The translations under genes and the position numbers were made by a program. A DNA stretch of 64,000 bases from an uncultured Gammaproteobacteria bacterium. Its GTDB lineage: Bacteria > Patescibacteriota > Microgenomatia > UBA8517. The stretch covers positions 277,862 to 341,861 of the forward strand of contig CAZOVJ010000002.1 in NCBI GenBank assembly GCA_964583685.1, given 5' to 3'. The notes below the pieces were generated by a model, which saw only the letters and a program-made list of their open reading frames with translations, ran no database searches and was not told the DNA's origin. This document shows, in pieces, positions 47,503 to 56,725 of this stretch (the stretch's first letter is position 1; each line of letters begins with the position of its first letter).

Positions 47503-48810
47503 ATGAAGGCAATTGCCGATTTGCATATTCACTCGCGTTTTTCCCGGGCGGTTTCCCAGCAGATGAACATTGCCACCATTTCTCAATGGGCAAAAAAGAA
47601 AGGTATTGATGTCGTGGCAACAGGAGATTGGACCCACCCTCTTTGGCTAAGAGAGCTTCAAGCAGAGTTGAAAGAGGTAGAAGAAGGGATTTATCAAAGG
47701 CGGTCAATGGGAAATGGACCTTATTTTTTGCTTTCAACCGAAATTAGCTCGATTTATAGCCAAGGCGGAAAAACAAGAAGAATTCATACCCTTATTTTTG
47801 CTCCCAACCTTGAAACTGTTGAAAAAATAAACAAAGAATTATTACTGAGAGGAGCAAATTTAATGAGTGATGGCAGGCCGATTATCGGTCTTTCGGCCAG
47901 GACTCTTGCCGAGATTGTTTTAAATGTAGATAAAAGATGTTTGGTAATCCCGGCCCATATTTGGACGCCCTGGTTCTCTTTATTGGGCTCCCGTTCTGGT
48001 TTTGACTCTCTGGAGGAATGTTTTGCCGATTTAGCTCCCTCTATTTATGCCATTGAAACCGGCCTATCAAGCGATCCGGCCATGAATTGGAGGATAGAGG
48101 AATTAGCCAATCGCCGGATTGTTTCCTTTTCTGATGCTCATTCTCCTGCCAAACTCGGCCGGGAGGCAACGGTTTTTGAAGTACCAAAAATAAATTATGA
48201 GAATATCAGAAAAGCAATTATTGCTAAAGGTCAGGCTAGCCGGATACTCCACACAATTGAATTTTATCCCGAAGAGGGCAAATATCATTACACGGGTCAC
48301 AGGAATTGTCAGGTGATTTATTCTCCCAAGGAGATGAGAAAAAAGGGAAACATTTGCCCAGTATGCGGTAAGCCCTTGACCATTGGCGTAATGTCCCGAG
48401 TGGAGAGCCTAGCTTCAGTCGATATTGAGACTGATTCTGAGACTAATAATTTTGGAGTGCGTTGGGTCAAAGATAAACAGAACAGGCGTCCACCTTACAT
48501 TATGTTGGTTCCACTCCTAGAAATTCTTTCTGAAGCTCTTTCTCTAGGAGTTTCCAGCCAGAAGGTCTCAACTGTCTATGAGCAATTGATAAATTCACTT
48601 GGAGGAGAATTTAATGTTTTAATAAGGACTCCTGAAAAGGAGATTGCCAGGATTGTCGGAGACAGGGTAGCAGAGGGAGTTATAAAGGTGCGTGCTGGAG
48701 ATATAATGATAGAGCCTGGATATGATGGAGTTTTTGGTAAGGTGAAGATTTGGAAGGAGAAAGAGGAAGTGCCAGGAAAAAAGGCTATTGACCAAGCAGC
48801 ACTTTTTTGA
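47503..48810 (+). CDS. Endonuclease Q family (PHP domain plus Zn finger)
   Basis: DLHIHS, PAHIWTPW, ETGLSSD, FSDAHS, GKYH..HRNC, CPVCG, PGYDGVFG. Confidence 0.9.
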   Translation: MKAIADLHIHSRFSRAVSQQMNIATISQWAKKKGIDVVATGDWTHPLWLRELQAELKEVEEGIYQRRSMGNGPYFLLSTEISSIYSQGGKTRRIHTLIFAPNLETVEKINKELLLRGANLMSDGRPIIGLSARTLAEIVLNVDKRCLVIPAHIWTPWFSLLGSRSGFDSLEECFADLAPSIYAIETGLSSDPAMNWRIEELANRRIVSFSDAHSPAKLGREATVFEVPKINYENIRKAIIAKGQASRILHTIEFYPEEGKYHYTGHRNCQVIYSPKEMRKKGNICPVCGKPLTIGVMSRVESLASVDIETDSETNNFGVRWVKDKQNRRPPYIMLVPLLEILSEALSLGVSSQKVSTVYEQLINSLGGEFNVLIRTPEKEIARIVGDRVAEGVIKVRAGDIMIEPGYDGVFGKVKIWKEKEEVPGKKAIDQAALF

Positions 48811-48845
48811 AAAGATAGATTAGCTAAGTAAAGGGGGTGATAAGT

Positions 48846-49175
48846 TTGGCAGGAAAATCACAGACAGGATTGAGCAGAAATACGGCCGCAGCCCTTTCTT
48901 ATGTATTGGGGCCAGTTACTGGAGTTATTTTTCTCATATTAGAAAAAGATTCTTTCGTAAGATTTCATGCTGTCCAGTCGATAGTTGTTTTTCTTGGACT
49001 TTTCATTCTTGATTGGCTTTTAGTCACAACGATTATCCTGGCAGTCTTGGTACCCTTGGTTGCCATTGTTGCTTTTGTGCTTTGGTTGCTTCTTATTTAC
49101 AAAGCCTGGCAAGGTGAAAAGTGGGAAGTTCCCTTGGCTGGTAAAATTGCCAATCAGTTGGTTGAGAAACTTTGA
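48846..49175 (+). CDS. DUF4870-like small membrane protein
   Basis: AAALSY, FVRFHAVQS, KAWQGE..VP. TTG start after GGGGTGA SD-like site. Confidence 0.8.
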   Translation: MAGKSQTGLSRNTAAALSYVLGPVTGVIFLILEKDSFVRFHAVQSIVVFLGLFILDWLLVTTIILAVLVPLVAIVAFVLWLLLIYKAWQGEKWEVPLAGKIANQLVEKL

Positions 49176-49195
49176 ATTGAATCCTGATAATTTCT

Positions 49196-49819
49196 ATGGA
49201 CTCCCGGGAAAGAATGGTTTGGGAGATTAAAGAGAGATATGGTTTAGATGCTCCTAAGGTATTTTTGGCTATGCTTCAGATTCCCCGGGAGGAGTTTGTA
49301 GCAAAAAGATACAGAAAGATTGTCTATGAAGATAGACCTATTTCAATAGGCTGTGGTCAGACAATTTCTCAACCCTATACCATTGCTTTTATGACCAAGC
49401 TTTTGGGACTTAAGGGCGACGAGAAGGTTTTAGAGATTGGTACAGGCTCAGGTTATCAGGCAGCCATTCTTTCTTTATTGGCAAAGGAAGTTTATACAAT
49501 TGAGATAGTTGAGAAGCTTGCTAATAAGGCTAAGACCAGATTGAAGAAATTAAGTTTTAGGAATCTTCAAGTAAAGGCGGGAAGGGGAGAAAGGGGATGG
49601 AAAGAAAAAGCTCCCTTTGATGCGATTCTTGTAACAGCAGGGATTGAAGGACAAGTTCCAAGAGTTCTTTTTAGCCAATTGAAACCCGGAGGTGTCTTGG
49701 TTGCTCCTGTTGGCAAAGGTTACGATAAGGTTATGACCAAATTTATCAAGGAAAAGGGCGGCAGGATTAGAAAAGAAAAACATGGTATTTTCCATTTTGT
49801 GCCCTTTGTAGAAAAGTAA
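49196..49819 (+). CDS. pcm: Protein-L-isoaspartate O-methyltransferase
   Basis: GQTISQP, LEIGTGSGYQAA, APFDAI, QLKPGG, FVP. Confidence 0.95.
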   Translation: MDSRERMVWEIKERYGLDAPKVFLAMLQIPREEFVAKRYRKIVYEDRPISIGCGQTISQPYTIAFMTKLLGLKGDEKVLEIGTGSGYQAAILSLLAKEVYTIEIVEKLANKAKTRLKKLSFRNLQVKAGRGERGWKEKAPFDAILVTAGIEGQVPRVLFSQLKPGGVLVAPVGKGYDKVMTKFIKEKGGRIRKEKHGIFHFVPFVEK

Positions 49820-49835
49820 GTGTAAAATTACTTCA

Positions 49836-50357
49836 ATGAGATTAATAGTCGGATTGGGTAATCCAGGGGAAAGATACTTTCGTAATCGACATAATGTTGG
49901 GTTTATGGTTCTTGATAGATGGGCCTCCAACTTGAAAGGGAAATTCAAAATTAATAAAAAATTAGACAGTTCACTGTTCACCGTTGACCGCTCACTAATA
50001 TTGGCCAGGCCAACAATTTTGATGAACTTATCGGGTATTGCCCTGAAGAAATTGATTACTCATTTCAAAATAAAATCCTCGGATCTTTGGGTAATACATG
50101 ATGATTTGGATATCGGGCTAGGAAAGTATAAAATTCAAAAAGGCAAAGGCCCGAAACTTCACAAAGGCCTTCTCTCAATAGAAAAAGAGTTGGCAACAAG
50201 TGAATTTTGGCGGGTGAGAGTGGGGATTGAAAATCGGGCCAAAGACAATCGGATTTCAGGTGAAGTTTATACTCTGCAAAACTTTGAAGAAAAAGAGCTG
50301 AAAATCCTGAGGCCGGTTATTGCTAAAATAATAAAAGATTTACTTGAACGATGTTAA
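49836..50357 (+). CDS. pth: Peptidyl-tRNA hydrolase
   Basis: IVGLGNPG, RHNVGF, MNLSG, HDDLD, HKG. Confidence 0.95.
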   Translation: MRLIVGLGNPGERYFRNRHNVGFMVLDRWASNLKGKFKINKKLDSSLFTVDRSLILARPTILMNLSGIALKKLITHFKIKSSDLWVIHDDLDIGLGKYKIQKGKGPKLHKGLLSIEKELATSEFWRVRVGIENRAKDNRISGEVYTLQNFEEKELKILRPVIAKIIKDLLERC

Positions 50358-51517
50358 TACAAAGGTTGAGTAAGAAATTATTAACTCTTTTCCTGAGTAA
50401 CCTCAGCCGGACGGTGGCTGTCAGCCTTCTTTCCCTTTTTTCTCCAATTTATATTTTCCAGACGCTTAGGGCCTTTAGTTTTAGCCAGAGTAGGGCAATA
50501 ATTTATATCATCCTTTATTTTTCACTTCTTTTTTCGGTTAAGTTAGCTAGTTTACTGATATCAGAAAATCTAAGTCAGAAAATTGGCTTTAAGGGAGTAA
50601 TTTGGCTCTCTGTAATTCCCTTTATGTTTTTTATCCTGTCTTTGCTTTATGCTTCTTCTTGGCCGTTCCTTTTTGTCCTTTCAGCCATTCTTTGGGGGGC
50701 TCATGCCGGCTTTTTTTGGTGGGGTTATCATGGCTATTTTATCAAGGAAGGCGACAAAAGACATTTTGGCCGGAGTATTGGCGAGGCTGGTCTTTTTCAG
50801 ACAACCGCTTCTGTTTTCACCCCCTTTTTGGGTGCCTTGATAGCCAGCCTTTTTGGTTTTTCAATTCTTTTTCTTCTTGCCGGAGCTTTCATGCTCTTTA
50901 CCCTTCTGATACTTGGTAAAGACCATGACCGAAGGCAACGTCGGGACATTAAATTTCAAGAAGTCCTTAATTTGATTAAAACTCATCCCCCTATTTCCTT
51001 TGCTTATGTTGGTTCTTCAGCCGAAGCCGTCTTGCATTCAGTTGCCTGGCCTTTATTTCTGTTTTTATTTTTTGGCCAAGTGATGAGCATGGGAATTACC
51101 GTTTCCAGTGCTTCTTTGATTGCCGCCCTTTTTGCTCTGGTTGTTGGTAGCTGGGTTGATAAGCAGGGCGAAAGACAGGTTATTAGATTAGGCGTTCCTC
51201 TAGTTTTTGCTTCCTGGATCCTGAGATTATTGAAAAGATCCTTGGGCTTTTTCATCGCGGCCGACAGCTTGTGGAACTTTGGTCAAAAAATGATCGGCTT
51301 GCCCCTTAATACCCTGACCTACAAAAAAGCTATTGAGGGGAAGAGTACTGGCAGAGCCATTCTTTTCAGAGAAACAACTTCGACAATAGGTAGTATTTTC
51401 TCTCTTTTACTTTTACTGCTCTGGGTTTCTCTGGGGGGTAGTTTGTCTGGAGCCTTTGTTTTGGCTGCCTTATTCAGCTTGTTCCCTCTGATTGCGGTTA
51501 TCGGAAAGGATTTCTAG
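50351..51517 (+). CDS. MFS transporter
   Basis: About 12 TM segments; GSWVDKQGER motif-A-like loop. Confidence 0.8.
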   Translation: MLIQRLSKKLLTLFLSNLSRTVAVSLLSLFSPIYIFQTLRAFSFSQSRAIIYIILYFSLLFSVKLASLLISENLSQKIGFKGVIWLSVIPFMFFILSLLYASSWPFLFVLSAILWGAHAGFFWWGYHGYFIKEGDKRHFGRSIGEAGLFQTTASVFTPFLGALIASLFGFSILFLLAGAFMLFTLLILGKDHDRRQRRDIKFQEVLNLIKTHPPISFAYVGSSAEAVLHSVAWPLFLFLFFGQVMSMGITVSSASLIAALFALVVGSWVDKQGERQVIRLGVPLVFASWILRLLKRSLGFFIAADSLWNFGQKMIGLPLNTLTYKKAIEGKSTGRAILFRETTSTIGSIFSLLLLLLWVSLGGSLSGAFVLAALFSLFPLIAVIGKDF

Positions 51518-51522
51518 GAAAG

Positions 51523-51843
51523 ATGGGTGATAGAAAAAGGCGGAGGTCCAATCAGGCACAGGGTTTTTCTTCCCTTGGTGATGTCCTTAAAAAGTTCAAT
51601 ACTCAAGAGGACAAGTATATTGCCTATGAATTTCAAAAGTTTGGTTATGAACTGGCCAAAGAGCTTGGAGATTTAAAGAGTAAATCTTTATATATCAAGC
51701 TGGCTAAAGAAAACCCCAGAAAATTATTGGAAACAGCCAGAAATTTTGTTAAGGATGCAATTAATGTCAAATCAAGACCACGACTGTTTATGTGGAAACT
51801 GACCGAGTTAAAGAAAAGTCAAAAGAAAGCCAAAAACTCTTGA
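51523..51843 (+). CDS. Hypothetical basic protein
   Basis: 106-aa ORF in operon context; EFQKFGYELA...LYIKLAK...LFMWK. Confidence 0.65.
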   Translation: MGDRKRRRSNQAQGFSSLGDVLKKFNTQEDKYIAYEFQKFGYELAKELGDLKSKSLYIKLAKENPRKLLETARNFVKDAINVKSRPRLFMWKLTELKKSQKKAKNS

Positions 51844-52125
51844 ATGGCAAGTAAAATGAAAAGGGCTCATGTTATCGTCAAGGGAAGGGTACAGGGAGTT
51901 TCCTATAGGTTGTGGACATTTCGCCAAGCCCAAAGTTTAGGCTTGACTGGTTGGGTAAGGAATATTGGGAAGGCTGATGTTGAGGCGGTTTTTGAAGGCC
52001 CAGTGGATAAAATAAAACAGATGATAAAAAGTTGCCATCAAGATCCTCCCCATGCCAAAGTAGAAAAAATAGATGTTCTTTGGGAAAAGGCAACCGGGGA
52101 GTTTAGGGCCTTTAAAATTATCTAA
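51844..52125 (+). CDS. acyP: Acylphosphatase
   Basis: GRVQGVSYR, GWVRN, VEAVFEG. Confidence 0.93.
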   Translation: MASKMKRAHVIVKGRVQGVSYRLWTFRQAQSLGLTGWVRNIGKADVEAVFEGPVDKIKQMIKSCHQDPPHAKVEKIDVLWEKATGEFRAFKII

Positions 52126-52134
52126 CAAGTTAAT

Positions 52135-52872
52135 ATGGGTGAGGTATTAATAGGCACATCGGGTTGGCAATATCGGCACTGGCGGGGAGTATTCTATCCA
52201 GAAGATTTAGGTCAAAAAGATTGGTTGAAATATTATGCAAAACATTTCGACACAGTAGAGGTAAACTATTCCTTTTATCGCCAGCCCAAGCCCGAAACCT
52301 TTAAGAAATGGAAATCCTTGATACCTGAGAACTTTGTTTTTTCCATCAAAGGAAATAGATTTATAACCCACATCAAGAGACTTAAAGATTGTCAAGAACC
52401 GGTAAAGAGGTTTTTCGAATCTGCCAAGGGTTTGCTGACCGACGGTAGGGGTTGTAAAGACGTAATTCTTTGGCAACTGACTCCAAGCATGAAGGAGAAC
52501 TTGGATAGACTGAAGGGGTTTATGGACCTTTTGCCTTCGGATTTTCGTCAGGCTTTTGAGTTTCGGCATAAAAGTTGGATGAGCAAGAAAGTTTTTAGCT
52601 TTATTCAAAATTATTCGAGAATCGAAGCGGCCATGGTTTTACAAGATTGGCAGGAATGGCCAATACTTAAAGAGCCCGTTGGCGATTTTGTTTACATTCG
52701 TCTGCACGGCAAAGACCAGCTTTATGCATCCGGGTATAGAGATAAAGAACTTGAGAAATGGGCTGAAAGAATGCGAAAATGGGAGAGTAAATTGGACATT
52801 TACATTTATTTCAACAATGATGCCCTGGGCCATGCAGTTAATAATGCCCTGAAACTCAAGGCTCTTTTATGA
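52135..52872 (+). CDS. DUF72 family protein
   Basis: IGTSGWQY, VEVNYSFYR, FEFRHKSW, YIRLHG, YFNND. Confidence 0.93.
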   Translation: MGEVLIGTSGWQYRHWRGVFYPEDLGQKDWLKYYAKHFDTVEVNYSFYRQPKPETFKKWKSLIPENFVFSIKGNRFITHIKRLKDCQEPVKRFFESAKGLLTDGRGCKDVILWQLTPSMKENLDRLKGFMDLLPSDFRQAFEFRHKSWMSKKVFSFIQNYSRIEAAMVLQDWQEWPILKEPVGDFVYIRLHGKDQLYASGYRDKELEKWAERMRKWESKLDIYIYFNNDALGHAVNNALKLKALL

Positions 52873-53402
52873 AAAAAGAAATTATTATTCACTTTTCTTT
52901 TCTGATTTTATTATTCTTTTTAATCTCCCTATTCCGAGGTTGGTTAAATTTGTCTTACTGGGTTTTTTGGTTTGGGGGAATTTTAGGAACTTTGTTGCCT
53001 GACTTAGAGCATCTGGTCTATGTTTATTTTTCCCGGCCTTATGAACTTACTTCCCAGAGAGTAAAGCAGATGTTGCAAGGGAGAAGAATAGTCCAGGCCC
53101 TAGAGCTTTTAAAAGATACCCGCTACGAGCGGACCCATTTGATATTTCACACTATTTGGTTCCAGGTTGTTTTCTTTTTTTTGGCTTTCTGGATTCTTAC
53201 TTCCTCGGGGAGCATTTTGGGTAGAGGGCTTGTCCTGGCTTTTTTACTTCATTTGTTAATTGACCAAGTGCTTGACTTATGGAAATTGGGGAATCTTGAT
53301 AAATGGCTTAGCCAAATGCCTTTAGCTCTTGATAAGAATCAGTCAAGAGCCTATTGGTTTTTTATATTTTTATTATTCTTGCTTTTGTGTTTTGTCTTTT
53401 GA
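52869..53402 (+). CDS. Membrane-bound metal-dependent hydrolase-like (YdjM-like) protein
   Basis: LLPDLEH, FHT, HLLID motifs in TM context. Confidence 0.6.
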   Translation: MKKEIIIHFSFLILLFFLISLFRGWLNLSYWVFWFGGILGTLLPDLEHLVYVYFSRPYELTSQRVKQMLQGRRIVQALELLKDTRYERTHLIFHTIWFQVVFFFLAFWILTSSGSILGRGLVLAFLLHLLIDQVLDLWKLGNLDKWLSQMPLALDKNQSRAYWFFIFLLFLLLCFVF

Positions 53403-53468
53403 TTATCAAAAAGGGTTTGTTTGCTTATTGACTTCAAATGTTTAGGGTCAGTATAGTGAAAAGCGTCA

Positions 53469-53789
53469 ATGGCAACGACCACAACAACAGATTCTGATTT
53501 TGAAAACAATGTGCTTAAATCAAAAATTCCCGTCTTGGTTGATTTTTGGGCACCATGGTGTGGCCCATGTATAACGGCCGAACCGGTCCTCGGAGAACTG
53601 AGCGAGACTTACCAGGGGAAAATTGAGGTGATGAAATTGAATGTTGATGAAAATCCCCAGACCGCGGTAAGATATAGAGTGATGTCAATTCCAACAACCA
53701 TTCTCTTTAAGGGAGGTCAAGAAATAGATAGACAAATTGGATTTGCCGGTAAAGTAGCATTTGAAATATTAATTAAGAAAGGATTATAA
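53469..53789 (+). CDS. trxA: Thioredoxin
   Basis: DFWAPWCGPC, SIPT. Confidence 0.96.
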   Translation: MATTTTTDSDFENNVLKSKIPVLVDFWAPWCGPCITAEPVLGELSETYQGKIEVMKLNVDENPQTAVRYRVMSIPTTILFKGGQEIDRQIGFAGKVAFEILIKKGL

Positions 53790-53806
53790 GAAGGGGGTGA
53801 TAGATT

Positions 53807-54085
53807 TTGAACCCAATTGATCAACCAGACCAGCCGACTCCTATAGGGGGTCCTGTTCAACCTGTAGGCGACACTCCGCCTGCTCAACCAAGTGAGGATA
53901 AGACACCACCTCCGCCTCCAGGTGGAATACCAGATACGCCAACACCAGAGCCAACACCAGGCCCGGTGACACCAGAACCGACACCAGAAACCCCACCTCC
54001 TGCCACTACTCCGGAACAACCGGCCGGTGGGCCAGTTGTTCCAAGTGAAGAAGAAAAGTCAGGAGAAATGCCTGGTAACGTCTAA
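53807..54085 (+). CDS. Pro/Thr/Glu-rich low-complexity protein
   Basis: TTG start after GGGGGTGA; stop overlaps trxB ATG; PTPEP repeats. Confidence 0.6.
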   Translation: MNPIDQPDQPTPIGGPVQPVGDTPPAQPSEDKTPPPPPGGIPDTPTPEPTPGPVTPEPTPETPPPATTPEQPAGGPVVPSEEEKSGEMPGNV

Positions 54086-55035
54086 TGGCGAAACCCTGGG
54101 ATGTCATTATCATTGGTTCAGGCCCTGCCTCACTAACTGCGGCAATTTATACAAGCCGCAATGATGCTTCTACCTTAGTTCTTGGAGGAGAGAACTGGGG
54201 AGGCCAATTGATGTTGACCACGGCCGTTGATAATTTTCCTGGCTTTCCCAAAGGCGTTCAAGGCCCAGAGCTCATGAAGAAAATGAGAAAGCAGGTTGAA
54301 CGCTTCGGTGCTGAATTTATTGAAAAAGATGTTCAAGGTGTGAACTTTAATAAAACCCCCTTTGAGCTTTTTGTTGGAGGTTTAAAATATTCGGCCAAAA
54401 GTGTTATTATTGCCAGCGGTGCATCCTTCAAAAGACTGGCAGTTCCGGGAGAATCTGAGTTAATAGGTAGAGGAGTATCTTTTTGCGCCCTTTGTGACGC
54501 CCCTCTTTTTAAAGGGAAAAAAGTTGTTGTGGTCGGGGGAGGAGACAGCGCAGCCGAAGAGGCGTTGATTCTGAGCAAATATGCAAAAGAAGTACACATT
54601 ATTCATCGCCGAGATAAGTTAAGGGCTCAAGCGGCCATCCAGAAGAAAATATTTGCCAACAAAAAGCTCAAATTACTTTGGAATACTGAGGTTGAGCGGA
54701 TTGTCGGCGAAGAAAAGGTCGAAAAAATTATTCTCAGAAATAATCAAACAGGAAAGTCACAAGAGTTCATTGTAGATGGAGTTTTTATTGCCATTGGTCA
54801 TCAGCCAAAAAGTGACATTTTTAAGAATGCTCTTGAAACAGACGAGAAAGGATATATAAAGAGAATGACAATTGACAAACCGCAAATGCCAAATAGTTAT
54901 CAGATGGCAACCAGTATTCCCGGGGTTTTTGTGGCCGGAGATGTTCATGATTTTCACTATCGCCAAGCAATAACTGCAGCTGGTTTTGGTTGCATGGCGG
55001 CGATGGAAGTTATAAAGTGGCTGGATGAAAGATAA
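54085..55035 (+). CDS. trxB: Thioredoxin reductase
   Basis: GSGPA, GGQL, CALCD, GGGDSAAEE, HRRD, AGD, QAITAAG. Confidence 0.95.
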   Translation: MAKPWDVIIIGSGPASLTAAIYTSRNDASTLVLGGENWGGQLMLTTAVDNFPGFPKGVQGPELMKKMRKQVERFGAEFIEKDVQGVNFNKTPFELFVGGLKYSAKSVIIASGASFKRLAVPGESELIGRGVSFCALCDAPLFKGKKVVVVGGGDSAAEEALILSKYAKEVHIIHRRDKLRAQAAIQKKIFANKKLKLLWNTEVERIVGEEKVEKIILRNNQTGKSQEFIVDGVFIAIGHQPKSDIFKNALETDEKGYIKRMTIDKPQMPNSYQMATSIPGVFVAGDVHDFHYRQAITAAGFGCMAAMEVIKWLDER

Positions 55036-55762
55036 TATTCTAGGAAGGCTTGTTCCTTTTCTTTTAGTGGCAACTGTCTGCTTGGCCTTTGCCGTTGGAA
55101 TTCTTTGGGAGAAGGTAAGGAAGCTTGAAAGTCCAACTGCTTCTCCTGTTCCCAAACCTCAAGTAGAGCAGGTTCTTGGTCAGGGCAAACTTGCTGATGA
55201 ATTGGCTGAGAAGATTACTCAGGTTAATGATCAGGACCATATTCAAGGTTCTCGAGACGCCAAAGTCTTTTTGATTGAATATTCAGACCCAGAGTGCCCC
55301 TATTGTAAAAAATTTCACCTAACAGCTCAGCAGCTTGTTGATGAATATAAAGGACAAGTGGCCTGGGTTTATCGGCATTTTCCCCTAGATATGCTTCATA
55401 CAAAAGCCAGGGCTGAAGCTGAGGCAATGGAGTGTGCAGGAGAACTGGGGGGCGAGGAGGCATTTTGGACCTTTAATGACAAACTTTACGAGATTACTCC
55501 TAGTAATAATGGCCTTGACTTGGATAAGCTTCCTCAGCTGGCCAGTCAGATAGGCCTTGATGTCGGTAAGTTTAAAGAATGTTTGGCGGCTAAAAGATAT
55601 AAGGATAAAGTTGAAGATAATTATCAGGGAGGGAGTGCGGCTGGAGTAACGGGTACCCCCGGTAACTTTGTTATTAATAGTCAGGGTGATGCCTGGTTTG
55701 TTCCCGGGGCCGTCTCTCTTGAGCTTCTTAAAAAGACAATAGACCAGGCACTTCAGGATTAA
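55025..55762 (+). CDS. DsbA-family thiol-disulfide oxidoreductase
   Basis: TM anchor, EYSDPECPYC, YRHFPL, GVTGTP. Confidence 0.92.
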   Translation: MKDNILGRLVPFLLVATVCLAFAVGILWEKVRKLESPTASPVPKPQVEQVLGQGKLADELAEKITQVNDQDHIQGSRDAKVFLIEYSDPECPYCKKFHLTAQQLVDEYKGQVAWVYRHFPLDMLHTKARAEAEAMECAGELGGEEAFWTFNDKLYEITPSNNGLDLDKLPQLASQIGLDVGKFKECLAAKRYKDKVEDNYQGGSAAGVTGTPGNFVINSQGDAWFVPGAVSLELLKKTIDQALQD

Positions 55763-56285
55763 GTGATTCTAAGATTTTATAACTGACGACAGCCGCTGTG
55801 CCCCAGACATTGAAGGATTTATTGATACCAAACATAGGTAATTCAACGATGATGTCTGCCGCACCTAGGACCTTTGCATCAATACCACTGCTTTCATTAC
55901 CGACCACTATTGCCAAAGGAAAATTGGGCCTGAGCTCTGAGTAGGGGATAGAATTTTTATGTTGTTCTAGAACAATAATCTGAATTTTCTGTCCCCTGAG
56001 CTCTTTGATGGTTGTCAAGGTCGAGTCCCTTTTCTCCCAGGGAACCCAATTTTCAGTTCCCACCGCTGCCTTATGGATACGAGAGGAGGGAGGATATTCC
56101 ATCTGGCCACAGAGAAAGATTTTTTTACAGGCAATGGCGTCGGCCAACCTGAAAAAAGAGCCGATATTGTAAGTATCAATGATTTTATCCAGGACAAGAT
56201 AAATCGGATTTCTCTTAATCCTGGCCAGCTCCGACCTTTTAGGTTTTGTTTTTCTCAATTCAGCAGCACCTAGTTTTTTAGTCAT
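55728..56285 (-). CDS. TrmH/SpoU family RNA methyltransferase
   Basis: YNIGSFFR, VGNESSG, LPMFGINKSFNV. Confidence 0.92.
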   Translation of the reverse strand: MTKKLGAAELRKTKPKRSELARIKRNPIYLVLDKIIDTYNIGSFFRLADAIACKKIFLCGQMEYPPSSRIHKAAVGTENWVPWEKRDSTLTTIKELRGQKIQIIVLEQHKNSIPYSELRPNFPLAIVVGNESSGIDAKVLGAADIIVELPMFGINKSFNVWGTAAVVSYKILESLNPEVPGLLSF

Positions 56286-56300
56286 CTTTAGAGAGTCCTC

Positions 56301-56315
56301 GGCTGCGGGGCAGGG
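56301..56315 (-). other. tRNA 3'-end fragment (Gln-like), att-like site
   Basis: Minus strand CCCTGCCCCGCAGCC resembles a T-stem 3' strand, acceptor 3' strand, G discriminator and CC. Confidence 0.55.
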
Positions 56316-56330
56316 TATCCTACGCTTAAG

Positions 56331-56654
56331 CTACGGATTACCATAGTATCCTTTCTTTTGCTTCGGACTACTTATCCTGCCCCTTAAGAAATCTTTCTTC
56401 AAGACTACAGAAATTAATCTCTTATAAGCAAATGCTTTACCTGAACCTGTTTTCAAATAAAGCTCAAAATCTCTAGCCTCCTTTTCTGTGTTAAATGCGC
56501 CGTACCAAACCAATTTCCAAGGCCGGTGTGCTTTCGTTGATTTTATCCTACCTTCGTTATGCAGCTTAAATCGTAACTTTAAATCTCTGGTTGAACCAAA
56601 GTAAAAGATATGAGATTTCTCGCTTAATAAGATGTATGAATAGAATCTTAGCAT
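56331..56654 (-). CDS. Standalone GIY-YIG nuclease
   Basis: YSYIL...FYFGST..LKLRFKLHN.G...TK.HRPWKLVWY...EARDFE.YLKTGSG. Confidence 0.9.
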   Translation of the reverse strand: MLRFYSYILLSEKSHIFYFGSTRDLKLRFKLHNEGRIKSTKAHRPWKLVWYGAFNTEKEARDFELYLKTGSGKAFAYKRLISVVLKKDFLRGRISSPKQKKGYYGNP

Positions 56655-56725
56655 GCCATTCTGTAGCTATACTTCGCTATTCCATAGCTACGTAGTAGCG
56701 ACGGATAGCCTTGGCGAAAGATGGC
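56655..56725. repeat. Nested REP-like palindromes upstream of GIY-YIG (partner element at 56318-56337)
   Basis: GCCATTCTGTAGC...GCCTTGGCGAAAGATGGC with inner TCGCTA..TAGCTA..TAGCGA; TCCTACGCTTAAGCTACGGA on the other flank. Confidence 0.6.
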
